DNA of 64,000 nt from Methanomassiliicoccales archaeon (GTDB lineage Archaea; Thermoplasmatota; Thermoplasmata; Methanomassiliicoccales; UBA472): assembly GCA_026394375.1 (NCBI GenBank), contig JAPKYJ010000024.1, positions 35,259-99,258 of the forward strand. Reading direction: 5' to 3'. Of this stretch, positions 9,325-19,511 are shown piece by piece (position 1 is the stretch's first letter; every line of letters starts with the position of its first letter). The notes beneath the pieces are model-generated. The model saw nothing but the letters and a program-made list of their open reading frames with translations. It was not told the origin of the DNA and ran no database searches. The translations under genes and the position numbers were made by a program.

Positions 9325-12300
9325 ATGGTCTTCAAGAAGATAGCGAACACGGTCATCAAGCGTTACAAACTGATCATAGCAATATGGATCATCCTGTTGC
9401 TTCCGGCGGCCTATTTCGCCCCGAAGGCCTTCGATGCGGTGCAGTACGAGGAGACGGACATGGCCCCGGCGGATCTGCCTTCCTCCGAAGCCACGGCTTT
9501 CATCAACAAGCATTTCACCAGCGGGGTCGAGTCCGCTTCTACCATCATCGTCATCACCAGCCCGAACGTATTCGACAACGCCACCAAGAAAGCGACCCTG
9601 GATATCCTCAATCGGACCGCTTCTCAGATCAAGTCCCAAATCGGAGCGACAGCCATCGCTTCCTCCATCTACAACGTGACGGCCACGCTCACCGCGCCCT
9701 TGCTCGGGGCCATGAACCAAGGATATCACATCGCCTGGAACACCACCAATCTCACCGCCTTCATGCTCTTCGAGCTGCCCCTGGAATACAGGACGCTGTT
9801 CAACGAGACCAATGTGACGGCCTTCGTGCTCTATGGGATCCCATCGATCCACCTAAGCATCTGGAAGCAGATCAACGCGAGCGCGCCCCTGCCTCCGCAT
9901 GTGGTCGATTCCTTGGCCTATGACCAGACAGTGCTGGCGTTGCAGCCGATATATGCAAGGATGAACGCCACGGAAAGGACGATCGCGCAGACATGGTTCG
10001 GCAACTATACCGAGGCCTGGAACGCGAGCATAGCCACGACCAATCCGGACATCAGAGCGGGCCATTCGATCAGCCAGGCGTTCAACGGCTTCGTCCAGAT
10101 GCCTTTCTTCGACGAAGAGATGCGCATCTTCCTCACCCTGGTCCGGTTCAGCTTCGACCTTGGCGATTTCGCTGACTATCACTTCATCAACCAGGTGGAC
10201 AAGGCATTGTTCTCCGTGGCCATCGACATCCTCCTTCCCAACGTGACCGCGCAGGAGAGACAGTTGGTGCATCTCTACTTCGACATCTTCCACGGCCGTT
10301 GGAACAACACCACCGCTCAAGCGCCGAATGAGGCCGACTTTCGGCTCATGGTCGGTCTCTCGGTCCAAGACTTCGCCACCGCCATCGGCGGCGCGCAAGG
10401 GCAGCTCGTCCTGGCCATCTATCAACAGCTGGGCTGGCAGAGTTTCAGGAATCCGGAGGCCATCAGCCAGTTCGTGACCGGGCTGATCGTCTCTCAGACC
10501 GGCGCCAAAGCCTGGTTGGTGGCCGAGGTAGGGCAGTATCCCACCAACATGCCACAGAAGTTCTGGAATGACATGGCCAGATCTTTGGTGGAGAACTACA
10601 CCATACCCGAGTTCCCCATCCCTCCCATCGAGGCCGTGGTCAGCGGCTTCGTGAACACCCCGCAGAACACCACCATGCTCATCCCCCTGCTTTTCAAGGA
10701 CTCAACCGCCGGGGCCAAGGCGGTGCCGATCGTTCGAGATATCGTGAAACAGGCCACCGCTGGAAAGGTCGGAATAAGGGTGTATGTCACCGGCAACGAT
10801 CCCCTCGGCGTGGATATCCAGAACGCGACCAACGAGGACGTAGGCCGCGTCGACCCCTTCACCATTCTATTGGTCCTGGTCTTGATCGGGGTCTTCTTCC
10901 GTTCCTTTGTCGCCTCCTCCATTCCTCCCATGGTCATCGGAGTGGCACTAGGCATGAGCTACGCGGCGATCTTCTTCCTCTCCTACCTGATGTCGGTGCA
11001 CTACAGCGTGCTCATGCTGCTCATCACCTCGATGATGGGGGCAGGGTGCGACTACTGCATTTTCATCCTCTCGCGCTACCGTGAGGAAAGGTTGAGGGGC
11101 CTGAACAAGGAGGATGCCGTCCGAACCTCAGTCACCTGGGCGGGCGAGTCCATCGCCACTTCCGGCGCAACCGTGATAATCGGATTCGGCGTCCTCGCCA
11201 TCGGCCGCTTCTCCATGCTCAAGTCCATGGGGATCGGGCTGGCGTTCGGGATTACCGTCGCGCTGTTGGCCTCATTGACCCTTCTTCCTTCGGTCCTCAT
11301 GCTCCTGGGCGACAGGATATTCTGGCCTTCGAAGCTCATCCCCAAGATAAAGAGGTCCTTGAAGGATGGCTACTTCGTTAGGGCCGCCAAGGCCTCCATC
11401 AAGCACGCTAAAATCCTCGTAGTGGCAGCGGTGCTCGTCTCCATCCCCACCACCTACATGGTGCTGACGTTGGACACCTCCTACGATTTCATAAGCGCCA
11501 TGCCCGACACGGAGAGCAAGCAGGGCCTGGAGGTCCTGAGTCACGGCTTTGGAGCAGGCAAGACCACCCCCACTCAGGTGGCCCTGAACATGACCTATCC
11601 AGTGGTGGTGAGCAACAACTTCTCGGTCGCCGAGATGCGCTCCATCGACAACGTCACCATGCAACTTGGCAACCTGACGAACGTGCAGAGCGTTCTCAGC
11701 CCTACCCGTCCATTGGGAGATCCGAGCTTCCAATGGTGGAACCTGAGCCACTATCCGCTGCAGCAGCAAGAGGTGTTCAAGGGGATCATGCGGGGCATGG
11801 TGGGCAAGAACGACACTCACGCCGTGCTCATGACCGTGGTCTTCAAGGCCGAGCCATTTGCCAAGGAGTCCATCGACTCCATCAACCAGATCAGGGTCAT
11901 CGCGGCCAACCTGGACAGGCAGGATTCGCGCATCCTAGCAACCTACGTGGGAGGTGCGACCGCCTCCATGTACGACATCTCGAACATGGTGCAGGGCGAC
12001 TTCAACCTCATCGGGGTGGTGGTGGTCGTGGGCATATACCTCGTGCTCATGATCGTCCTGGGATCGATGATCAGTCCCCTGAGGTCCATCATCACCATAT
12101 TGCTGAGCCTTTCCTGGACCATCGCCGCCACCATGGTGGTGTTCCAGTACGGCCAAGGGGTACCGGTTCTTTGGATGATACCCATGATCCTCCTGGTCAT
12201 ATGCCTGGGCATCGGCATGGACTACGACATCTTCATCACCACCCGCATACGGGAAGAGGCGTCCAAGGGCAGGGAGACCAATGACGCCATCGTCCATGCC

Positions 12301-12585
12301 ATGGAGCACACCGGTGGGGTCATCACCGCCTGCGGCCTGATCATGGCCGGAGCTTTCGGCACGTTGATGCTCTCTCAGGGTTCGCTGCTACAAGAGTTCG
12401 GCTTCGCCCTCATGTTCGCTATTCTGGTGGACGCGACCGTCGTCCGCATCTACCTGGTGCCAGCCATAGTCTCGTTGCTGGGCAAGTGGAACTGGTGGGC
12501 GCCCGGTCGGCTGCAGCGCGTAGGCCGCGAGGAGAAGATGTCCGCCAAGGCGAAGGAGAAGGCCGAGGGCAAGAAGAAAGAATAA
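9325..12585 (+). CDS. MMPL/RND-superfamily membrane transporter
   Basis: Two repeats of a large soluble loop followed by a multi-TM bundle, with MMPL-like blocks (GAGCDYCIFILSRYREE and GIGMDYDIFITTRIREE). The start was moved to ATG 9325 (MVFKKIANTV... just before TM1). Confidence 0.8.
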   Translation: MVFKKIANTVIKRYKLIIAIWIILLLPAAYFAPKAFDAVQYEETDMAPADLPSSEATAFINKHFTSGVESASTIIVITSPNVFDNATKKATLDILNRTASQIKSQIGATAIASSIYNVTATLTAPLLGAMNQGYHIAWNTTNLTAFMLFELPLEYRTLFNETNVTAFVLYGIPSIHLSIWKQINASAPLPPHVVDSLAYDQTVLALQPIYARMNATERTIAQTWFGNYTEAWNASIATTNPDIRAGHSISQAFNGFVQMPFFDEEMRIFLTLVRFSFDLGDFADYHFINQVDKALFSVAIDILLPNVTAQERQLVHLYFDIFHGRWNNTTAQAPNEADFRLMVGLSVQDFATAIGGAQGQLVLAIYQQLGWQSFRNPEAISQFVTGLIVSQTGAKAWLVAEVGQYPTNMPQKFWNDMARSLVENYTIPEFPIPPIEAVVSGFVNTPQNTTMLIPLLFKDSTAGAKAVPIVRDIVKQATAGKVGIRVYVTGNDPLGVDIQNATNEDVGRVDPFTILLVLVLIGVFFRSFVASSIPPMVIGVALGMSYAAIFFLSYLMSVHYSVLMLLITSMMGAGCDYCIFILSRYREERLRGLNKEDAVRTSVTWAGESIATSGATVIIGFGVLAIGRFSMLKSMGIGLAFGITVALLASLTLLPSVLMLLGDRIFWPSKLIPKIKRSLKDGYFVRAAKASIKHAKILVVAAVLVSIPTTYMVLTLDTSYDFISAMPDTESKQGLEVLSHGFGAGKTTPTQVALNMTYPVVVSNNFSVAEMRSIDNVTMQLGNLTNVQSVLSPTRPLGDPSFQWWNLSHYPLQQQEVFKGIMRGMVGKNDTHAVLMTVVFKAEPFAKESIDSINQIRVIAANLDRQDSRILATYVGGATASMYDISNMVQGDFNLIGVVVVVGIYLVLMIVLGSMISPLRSIITILLSLSWTIAATMVVFQYGQGVPVLWMIPMILLVICLGIGMDYDIFITTRIREEASKGRETNDAIVHAMEHTGGVITACGLIMAGAFGTLMLSQGSLLQEFGFALMFAILVDATVVRIYLVPAIVSLLGKWNWWAPGRLQRVGREEKMSAKAKEKAEGKKKE

Positions 12586-12634
12586 GCTCTATGATCCGTG
12601 GACCAATGGGGGAACGCCTTCCATCCCTCTTCGT

Positions 12635-13177
12635 TCATTCCCAGCGCTTGAAAAGCTCATGCCCGACACCGAGCCGGTCCAGCACCTTGCCCACCACGAA
12701 ATCGACCATGTCCTCCACGCTCTCTGGGCGAGGATAGAAGCCCGGAGATGCTGGCAGTATGGCGACGCCCAGACGAGCGAGCTTCAGTTCGTTCTCCAAC
12801 ATTATCGCGCTTACTGGTGTCTCGCGAGGCACGAGGATGAACCTCCGCCCTTCCTTGAGAGCCACGGCCGCCGTCCTGGTGATCAAGGTGTCAGCGATCC
12901 CGTTCGCGATCTTGGCCAAGGTGCTCTCCGAACAGGGGATGATGACCATTGAGTCGAACAAGTAGCTGCCCGATGCGGGGGCGGCAAAGAGGTCGGAGTC
13001 CTCATAGGTCCGGTCCGCCAAGGCCACGACCTCCTCCATTCTCAGGTGCGTCTCGTACTCAAGGATCCGCTTACCAGTGTCCGAGACGATGAGCACCTTC
13101 TCTCCGGTCAATGTCCTGAGCAATCTGATCCCATAGATCGAGCCTGAGGAGCCGGTCATGGCGATGATCGTCTTCAC
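12635..13177 (-). CDS. ubiX: flavin prenyltransferase UbiX/Pad1
   Basis: 180 aa. N-terminus MKTIIAMTGSSGSIYGIRLL, with flavoprotein-family length and motifs. Confidence 0.85.
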   Translation of the reverse strand: MKTIIAMTGSSGSIYGIRLLRTLTGEKVLIVSDTGKRILEYETHLRMEEVVALADRTYEDSDLFAAPASGSYLFDSMVIIPCSESTLAKIANGIADTLITRTAAVALKEGRRFILVPRETPVSAIMLENELKLARLGVAILPASPGFYPRPESVEDMVDFVVGKVLDRLGVGHELFKRWE

Positions 13178-13500
13178 GGGTCAAGGAACGACGGAAGGCA
13201 TACTTCAAGACTGCTCCCGCGACCTACCCCTCACGCATTGATGACCATCGCGGCCATGGCGATAATGGCCTTCCTGGTGTCGATGCATCGTTGCAGGAAC
13301 GAATAGGATCGCTCACATCTCGGTCGAGGGCGGCAGACCCCTAGGAACACACAGATGAGGCCGGTTCTCGCACGCCGCACGCACCAGCAGCTCCCGATCA
13401 AGCTCCCTACCAGGAAAACACTTTTATAATGGGACCTAGTTAGGCGGCCTGAGTTGTCCGACGATTGAGACGAGTTACACTCAATCAGAGGTAGGTCAGA

Positions 13501-13929
13501 ATGGTCACAGTCTACGACGTCCCCGCGGATAAGCTGATCGAGAAGACAGCGATAAAGCTGCGGGAGATCGACACGATCAAGCCGCCTGAATGGGCGGAGT
13601 TCGCACGCACGGGAAGGCATACTGAAAAGGCACCGGCACAACGAGACTGGTGGCACACGCGCGCAGCCTCGATTCTGCGCAAGGTGTACATCATGGGGCC
13701 CATCGGAAGCTCCCGTTTGGCCGAGGAATACGGCGGCTTCGCTGATCGCGGTTCGAGACCGAACAAGGCGGTCAAGGGCTCGCGCAACATCGCTCGCAAG
13801 TGCATCATGCAGCTGGAGGCAAGCGGTCTGGTGGCGAAGAACAAGAACAAGGGCCGCGTCATAACGCCCAAAGGGCAGAAGATGCTGGACGCGCTGGCCA
13901 AGGAGATCACGGATTCACAGAAGAAATGA
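13501..13929 (+). CDS. rps19e: 30S ribosomal protein S19e (eS19)
   Basis: 142 aa. Contains MVTVYDVPADKLIEKTAIKLRE... and the WWHTRAASILRKVY block typical of eS19. Confidence 0.95.
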   Translation: MVTVYDVPADKLIEKTAIKLREIDTIKPPEWAEFARTGRHTEKAPAQRDWWHTRAASILRKVYIMGPIGSSRLAEEYGGFADRGSRPNKAVKGSRNIARKCIMQLEASGLVAKNKNKGRVITPKGQKMLDALAKEITDSQKK

Positions 13930-13939
13930 GGGGAGCGAA

Positions 13940-14269
13940 ATGGAAGACAACGAGCTGGAGGGACTGCGGCGCCGCAAGATGGCCCAACTGCAACATCAAC
14001 AGGAGCAGCAGATGATGGCCGCGGAGCAGCAACGCCAGGTCGACCAGCAGAAGCAGGCGATCATGCGTCAGATACTCACCAACGAGGCAAGGGACCGGTT
14101 GGCCACCCTGAAGATGGCCTATCCAGAGATTGCTCGCTCGGTGGAGGACCAGCTCATTGCGCTCGTGCAGGCGGGAAGGATCAGTCAGCAGGTGGACGAT
14201 GCCATGCTTAAGACCATCCTGCGCAAGGTAGCACCCCAGAAGAGAGAGATCAGCATAGAGAGGAAGTGA
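13940..14269 (+). CDS. PDCD5/TFAR19-family DNA-binding protein
   Basis: 109 aa. Gln/Glu-rich N-terminus followed by [19 protein letters not shown]. Occupies the conserved archaeal position between S19e and L39e. Confidence 0.85.
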   Translation: MEDNELEGLRRRKMAQLQHQQEQQMMAAEQQRQVDQQKQAIMRQILTNEARDRLATLKMAYPEIARSVEDQLIALVQAGRISQQVDDAMLKTILRKVAPQKREISIERK

Positions 14270-14274
14270 CAGTT

Positions 14275-14430
14275 ATGACTAGGAACAAACCCCCGGCGAT
14301 GAAATCGCGCCTACTTCGAAAGGTCAAGCAGAACCGCAGAGTTCCTGCCTGGGTCATGATGCGTACCAACCGCACCTTCCTCCGCCATCCAAAGCGGAGG
14401 ACCTGGCGGCGCAACAAGCTGAAGGAGTGA
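14275..14430 (+). CDS. rpl39e: 50S ribosomal protein L39e (eL39)
   Basis: My own translation, since it falls below the ORF-track cutoff: [51 protein letters not shown] (51 aa). Highly basic and in the canonical neighbourhood. Confidence 0.9.
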   Translation: MTRNKPPAMKSRLLRKVKQNRRVPAWVMMRTNRTFLRHPKRRTWRRNKLKE

Positions 14431-14435
14431 TGCGC

Positions 14436-14699
14436 ATGGCCGAAGAAGAGCAGATCATGATCATTCCCTTGCTGACGGCCAAGGCCTCACCCCGCTCCAA
14501 GAAATCGAGGAAGGCGGTGAACGAGATCCGCGTGCATGTGGCCAAGCATATGAAGGCGAAGCCTGAGGACGTTTGGATTGACCAGAAGCTCAACGAGTTG
14601 GTCTGGGCCAGGGGCATACAGAAGCCGCCGGCGAAGGTCAGGGTGAAAGCGGTCAAGTTCGAGGACGGACTGGTCGAGGTCTCCCTGCCCGAAGAGTGA
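14436..14699 (+). CDS. rpl31e: 50S ribosomal protein L31e (eL31)
   Basis: MAEEEQIMIIPL...KAVNEIRVHVAKHMKA...VWARGIQKPPAKVRVKA. Alternative starts are GTG 14427 and ATG 14430. Confidence 0.9.
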   Translation: MAEEEQIMIIPLLTAKASPRSKKSRKAVNEIRVHVAKHMKAKPEDVWIDQKLNELVWARGIQKPPAKVRVKAVKFEDGLVEVSLPEE

Positions 14700-14710
14700 T
14701 GGCATAGCGA

Positions 14711-15370
14711 ATGTTGCGCCTTTCCCATTACCTCGGTAATCCCTACGTCGGGGTTCATTGTGCGGCAAACAACGAGTACGCTTTCGTTCCGCGTGACGCC
14801 CCCGATTCATTGATCAGGGATATCACCGAAGTTCTGCAAGTGAAGGTGGAGCGCGTCACCGTAGGCAGCACTAACCTCATCGGTTCGCTTCTCTCTCTGA
14901 ACTCCTACGGAGCGGTGGTCACGAACATGGCCACCAATGCCGAGGTGGAGCATCTCTCCCGATTCTTCCCGGTGTACCGCATCGCGGACAAGATCAACGC
15001 TTCGGGCAACAACATCCTGGTCAATGACCATGGGGCGCTGGCCAACCCCGATCTGGGACGCAAGACCCTCAAGGCTATCGAGGACACGCTCCAGGTCGAG
15101 CTGCATCAGGGAACGATCGCCGAGCACAAGACGGTCGGTTCGGCCTGTATCGTCACTGACAAAGGAGCGTTGTGCCACCCAGCGAGCACGCCGGCCGAGA
15201 TGGAACTCGTTCGAAGCGTCTTCAAGGTCCCGGCCGCCATCGGCACGCTCAACTATGGAGCGCCCCTGATCGGGGCCTGCATGATCGCCAACTCCAAAGG
15301 GGGGGTGGTAGGCAACAAGAGCACCCCCATCGAGCTCGGCCGGGTCGAGGATGCTCTCTACCTCATCTAG
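14711..15370 (+). CDS. eif6: translation initiation factor 6 (aIF6)
   Basis: 219 aa. Begins MLRLSHYLGNPYVGVHCAANNEYAFVP and shows the repeated eIF6 pentein-like units. Confidence 0.9.
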   Translation: MLRLSHYLGNPYVGVHCAANNEYAFVPRDAPDSLIRDITEVLQVKVERVTVGSTNLIGSLLSLNSYGAVVTNMATNAEVEHLSRFFPVYRIADKINASGNNILVNDHGALANPDLGRKTLKAIEDTLQVELHQGTIAEHKTVGSACIVTDKGALCHPASTPAEMELVRSVFKVPAAIGTLNYGAPLIGACMIANSKGGVVGNKSTPIELGRVEDALYLI

Positions 15371-15408
15371 AAGCCCTCAATAGAACCCTTTGTTGCTGAT
15401 ATTGGCGC

Positions 15409-16044
15409 TCACGGCGAGAAGACCCAATACTCCGTGTCCTCCGGCAGGTCCTCCTTCTCAAGATCGACCTCGTTGCCCACCCGCCTCACTCTATTCTCAG
15501 GAACGCCAGCCAGGAACCCATCCACCGTCTGAATCGAGAGCGAAAGCCCTCCGATGCGGAAGTGCATGGGGACCACCACCTTCGGTTGGAGCCGGTCCAC
15601 GAGCCTTTGCGCCCCTTCCCCATCCAAGGTGAAGACCCCGCCCACCGGAACGAAAAGCACGTCCACCTTCCCCAACGCCTGCACCTGCTGATCACCTAGG
15701 TCTTGCCCAAGATCGCCGCAGTGGCAGAAACGTATGCCTCCGATGTCGAATCTGAATAGGGTGACCTTGCCTCGTTTCGTCCCCTCCGCGTCGTCGTGGT
15801 AGGCCGACAGTCCCAGCACCTTGATCCCTTTCAGCTCCTTCTTTCCCGGCTCCCTCATAGTGACAAAATCGCCTTTCACGATGCGGGAGCAGTTGTGATC
15901 GAAATGATCGTGGCTGATCAACAATACGTCCGCCCTGACCGAGGGTGTCTTGATGCCCAGGGATTTTCCGTCATGGGGGTCGATGACCACCGTGACCTTG
16001 TCGGAGACCTCGAAACAGGAATGGCCATGCCAGATGATCTTCAT
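15409..16044 (-). CDS. metal-dependent hydrolase, beta-lactamase fold (UPF0173 type)
   Basis: 211 aa. Contains MKIIWHGHSCFEV and HDHFDHN. Confidence 0.8.
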   Translation of the reverse strand: MKIIWHGHSCFEVSDKVTVVIDPHDGKSLGIKTPSVRADVLLISHDHFDHNCSRIVKGDFVTMREPGKKELKGIKVLGLSAYHDDAEGTKRGKVTLFRFDIGGIRFCHCGDLGQDLGDQQVQALGKVDVLFVPVGGVFTLDGEGAQRLVDRLQPKVVVPMHFRIGGLSLSIQTVDGFLAGVPENRVRRVGNEVDLEKEDLPEDTEYWVFSP

Positions 16045-16060
16045 TGCACCTACTCCTACC

Positions 16061-16975
16061 TCAGTCCATGTCGTGGAACCTGGCCCCGCAGTTGGGACAG
16101 GAGTCCGCTCTCTCGCTCACCAGTTCGTTACATTTGGGACAGATGACCACCTCGTTGGGGGCACTTTCGACCGTGCCGATGACCGGTTCGATCGGACCCC
16201 TCCCTATTTCCCGAGCTTCGTAAGCGAAGCCCGCCCCCAGGGTGATGGTGAAGGCACTGGCGATGGCCACTCCCCATCCCACAGACGTATCCAAGGCGGT
16301 GATGGAATAGAGCTCCAAGGCGACCAAATACACCACTACGCCCGCAGCCATGATCCCCACTGGCAGCCTCATGCTCTTGCCGAATCTGCTCGCCTTGGCC
16401 ACAGGTAGCTCCGAGCGAAGCTCCCCGATCGGACTGACCGGGGCCTCGACCACCTGCTTCTCGGCCATCAGTGAGGGGGCGGGTGGCTCAGAGACCGGCT
16501 GGCCGATCATGGTGTCTACGAAGGCCTTGACCTCGCGCATCTCCGCCGAAGGCATGTCCACCGGGGTCATGTGGTCCGCCGTCCATTTCTTACCCGCTGA
16601 CTGAAGCTCTTCCTCGCTCACTGGCGAGTCGGTATTCGCCAATCCTCGAGGCTCGGTGCGCTGGGCCGCCACCACTTCCCGACTGGCGTGAACGATGGTA
16701 GACTCGATCTTCTTGGAGAGCTCGTCGCCCAGGACTATGGAATCGGTCTCTCGGTTGAGCGTCTCCAGTACTTTCACATGGGAGGACCATTCATCGGAGG
16801 CGCCCTGGAACTCCCAGCCGCAGAAATCGCACTGGGCAACCGAGGGTTTGTTCCTCAGTCCGCATCGAGGGCACTCCTTGAATCCCGGTTTTCTCTCCAT
16901 CCAATCTATCAAGAACCCCCGTACATGATAATAATCTTTTTCGCCCGGATGGTCCGGATTGAGGATGGCTTCCAT
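16061..16975 (-). CDS. membrane protein with N- and C-terminal zinc ribbons
   Basis: 304 aa. CPRCGLRN..CDFCGWEF at the N-terminus, hydrophobic segments in the centre, and CPKCNELV..CPNCGARF at the C-terminus. Confidence 0.6.
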   Translation of the reverse strand: MEAILNPDHPGEKDYYHVRGFLIDWMERKPGFKECPRCGLRNKPSVAQCDFCGWEFQGASDEWSSHVKVLETLNRETDSIVLGDELSKKIESTIVHASREVVAAQRTEPRGLANTDSPVSEEELQSAGKKWTADHMTPVDMPSAEMREVKAFVDTMIGQPVSEPPAPSLMAEKQVVEAPVSPIGELRSELPVAKASRFGKSMRLPVGIMAAGVVVYLVALELYSITALDTSVGWGVAIASAFTITLGAGFAYEAREIGRGPIEPVIGTVESAPNEVVICPKCNELVSERADSCPNCGARFHDMD

Positions 16976-17142
16976 GCTCCTGGAACAGATCTGGAGGCTT
17001 GGTCGCTGGCTTGCGTCTTCATAGGATGTGTTTCCTATGGGAAAGGGGGATAAAGGGCCTGCACCGAGACGACCTGGATGGGGCCGGGGACATCTTTGGT
17101 AACAAAAAGATTAAAATATGGCAATACTGGATAGAGAAGCGG

Positions 17143-18291
17143 ATGAAGATACTGGTCCTCAGCGTTGATCGGGACGACGATTTCGGGTCCAAAGCCGGTC
17201 TCAACAGCCCGTTCGTGGGCAGGCAGGAGAACCTGGACGCAGCCCTGGGGCTGGGTCTCAAGGACCCCGAGGACTCGGACGTGAACACCATCCTGGCGGC
17301 CATCAGCATCTACGAGGAGATGGTCAAGAAGGGCATCGACGCCGAGATTGCGACCATCTGCGGCGATGTCAAGGTCGGCTACGAATCGGATTTGGTGCTC
17401 GCCACTCAGCTGGAGAACGTGCTCGAGATGATCAAGCCCGACCGAGTGGTGCTGGTCAGCGACGGGGCCGAGGACGAATACATCTTCCCCATGGTCGCCT
17501 CCCGGGTCAAGGTCGACTCGGTCAAGCGGGTCTTCGTGAAACAGGCGCCGACCGTGGAAGGCACCTACTACATCCTCCTGAAGATGTTCCAGGACGACAA
17601 GGTGCGCAAGCGGGTGCTCCCGCCCATTGGTCTGGTGCTGACGGTCCTGGGCATGTTCGCGGTCTTCCCCAAGTTCTTCCAGTACATGGCCACTCCCGCT
17701 TTCGGTTTGATATCGGAAATGGGGCTGGGGGCCATCGCCATAGTGCTTGGCCTGTATCTCATCTTCTACGCCTACAAGGTGGGCGAGAAGATGGAGCAAG
17801 GCTTCCTGCGCACGGGGCGGGCCATCCGTTCAGGCTCGCAGATGATCCCCTTTGCGGTGTTGTCCGTCATCCTCCTCATCGGAGGGATCACCTACGGTCT
17901 GGATGCGGCGCGGAGCGCACAGTCCAACGACCTGACGCTTCAGGTGTTGCTCTTCCTGGGCGCGATGCTATGGCTCGGCATATTCGCCGTTTTCTCCTAT
18001 ACCACCGGCAAGTTCGTCAACCAATATTTCCTCACTGGCAAGGTGCACTGGACATTCATCGTTGTCACTCTCTCGGTGTTTGCCATAGGGTTCATCAGCC
18101 AAGGTGCGATCGACGCCACCATGTACTTCCTGAACTACCGTCACTACAACGAGGCATTCATCGTCCTGGAGATCGTGACCGGTTTCCTACTGGCGACATT
18201 CGGGGGCCTGCTGAACTTCGCCATGCGGGCGCAATCCCCTCAAGCCTTGGCGGAGAGCGAATCGCCGGAGGGCGTGGAGTCCTCCAACTAG
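17143..18291 (+). CDS. DUF373-family archaeal membrane protein
   Basis: ATG 17143 gives MKILVLSVDRDDDFGSKAG..., followed by multiple TM segments. An AT-rich TATA-like box (AAGATTAAAATATGG) lies about 30 nt upstream. Confidence 0.65.
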   Translation: MKILVLSVDRDDDFGSKAGLNSPFVGRQENLDAALGLGLKDPEDSDVNTILAAISIYEEMVKKGIDAEIATICGDVKVGYESDLVLATQLENVLEMIKPDRVVLVSDGAEDEYIFPMVASRVKVDSVKRVFVKQAPTVEGTYYILLKMFQDDKVRKRVLPPIGLVLTVLGMFAVFPKFFQYMATPAFGLISEMGLGAIAIVLGLYLIFYAYKVGEKMEQGFLRTGRAIRSGSQMIPFAVLSVILLIGGITYGLDAARSAQSNDLTLQVLLFLGAMLWLGIFAVFSYTTGKFVNQYFLTGKVHWTFIVVTLSVFAIGFISQGAIDATMYFLNYRHYNEAFIVLEIVTGFLLATFGGLLNFAMRAQSPQALAESESPEGVESSN

Positions 18292-18966
18292 GTGGTTGGA
18301 GTGCAATTCACGGAATGGGAGCCCATTTATCTGGAAATCGTGCGGGAGTTCGGTCTCTCTCGCCAGAAGGATGAGGAATCGGCCGCCATTCTCGACTCCC
18401 TCTTAGCCGGAAAGGAGGAGTGCGACGACATCTGCCTGGAGAGGATCGTTGGCTGGGAGGCGACGGTATGCGGCGACGGTCCGAACCTCGATTCCGACCT
18501 GGACGCGCTCTCACCTCGCGGCACGCTAATCTCGGCTGATGGGGCTACGAGCACTCTGATGCACCGTCGCCTCTGGCCGGACATCATCGTCACCGATCTT
18601 GATGGCGAGGTGGAACCTCAGCTCATGGCCAATGGAGCGGGGGCGGTGGCCGTGATCCTCGCTCATGGAGATAACACAGCGAGGGTGAAGGAGATCGTAC
18701 CGCGTTTCCGAGGGCCGATCGTCGGTACGACGCAATCGACCCCTTTTGGTGGACGGAAGAATTATGGTGGGTTCACGGACGGCGACCGAGCGGTGGAGCT
18801 CGCTCGTCATTTCGGGGCGCGGAGGGTGAACCTCCTGGGGTTCGATTTCGAGAACCCACGCAGGGCGGAGGGCAAGGACCTGGAAAGGAAGAGGCGCAAG
18901 CTCAAGTGGGCCCGGAAGATCATCTTCGATAGAAACCCTACGCATGTCGTTCTGTGGATGCCCTGA
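18292..18966 (+). CDS. mptE: 6-hydroxymethyl-7,8-dihydropterin pyrophosphokinase, MptE-like (DUF115)
   Basis: 224 aa. The block ADGATSTLMHRRLWPDIIVTDLDGE...ILAHGDN matches the MptE/DUF115 signature. Confidence 0.65.
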   Translation: MVGVQFTEWEPIYLEIVREFGLSRQKDEESAAILDSLLAGKEECDDICLERIVGWEATVCGDGPNLDSDLDALSPRGTLISADGATSTLMHRRLWPDIIVTDLDGEVEPQLMANGAGAVAVILAHGDNTARVKEIVPRFRGPIVGTTQSTPFGGRKNYGGFTDGDRAVELARHFGARRVNLLGFDFENPRRAEGKDLERKRRKLKWARKIIFDRNPTHVVLWMP

Positions 18967-19433
18967 TCCAGTCCGGAAATGGGCGAAATCCCTCGAGATA
19001 CCATGTCTCACGATGCAAGGCGCTCCACCCGGATACATGCTGGCCATAGCATTCGTCACTCGGAAGGAATCGGAGGACCATGTTTTTGACAGGACGCTGA
19101 CCTCATCGGTCTGTTCGATATCTTGCTTCCAGCGGTGGAGCGAACGGACGCGGAATCGGTTCGCGCAAGCCGCGACGCGCCTCTTGACTAGGTCGCGGAC
19201 GATCGTCCTTACGACCGATTCATTGGAGGAGGGGTGGTGACCGATATCGTGACGTATCTTCTACCAGCTAGAACCGCCTGCTCTAGAACCTTCGTACTTG
19301 AGCACCCCGTTGGATCATCGCAGGACGTCCGCCCCCAAAGGCCGAACACCACATGAGGAACCAGAGGTTCGTCAAAGGAGTGGCTAGGCAATTGACCTTT
19401 GACCTGCTGGCTAACCATCTGGGTGCCGATAAG

Positions 19434-19442
19434 TTATATATA
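19434..19442 (+). promoter_or_regulatory. TATA-like box upstream of the ABC operon
   Basis: TTATATATA lies in an otherwise GC-rich spacer about 70 nt upstream of ATG 19512. Confidence 0.3.
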
Positions 19443-19511
19443 GCAACAAACCTCTATTCTGGACCAGTTTTCCCTACCGTTTGAGTGTGGGAGAAGAAAG
19501 GAGGAAAGCAA

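Noticed and set aside
13231-13656. 141-aa minus-strand ORF upstream of and overlapping the S19e gene
   Set aside because: It overlaps the strongly supported rps19e start and promoter region. It is Cys/Arg-rich with no motifs.
18980-19420. Possible decayed minus-strand gene in the 500-bp spacer before the ABC operon (frames reading ...TIVRDLVKRRVAACANRFRVRSLHRWKQDIEQTD... and MVSQQVKGQLPSHSF...)
   Set aside because: It is interrupted by an in-frame TAG and a frame change. No family is recognisable, and the downstream part is simply the antisense of the mptE-like gene. The evidence is insufficient.
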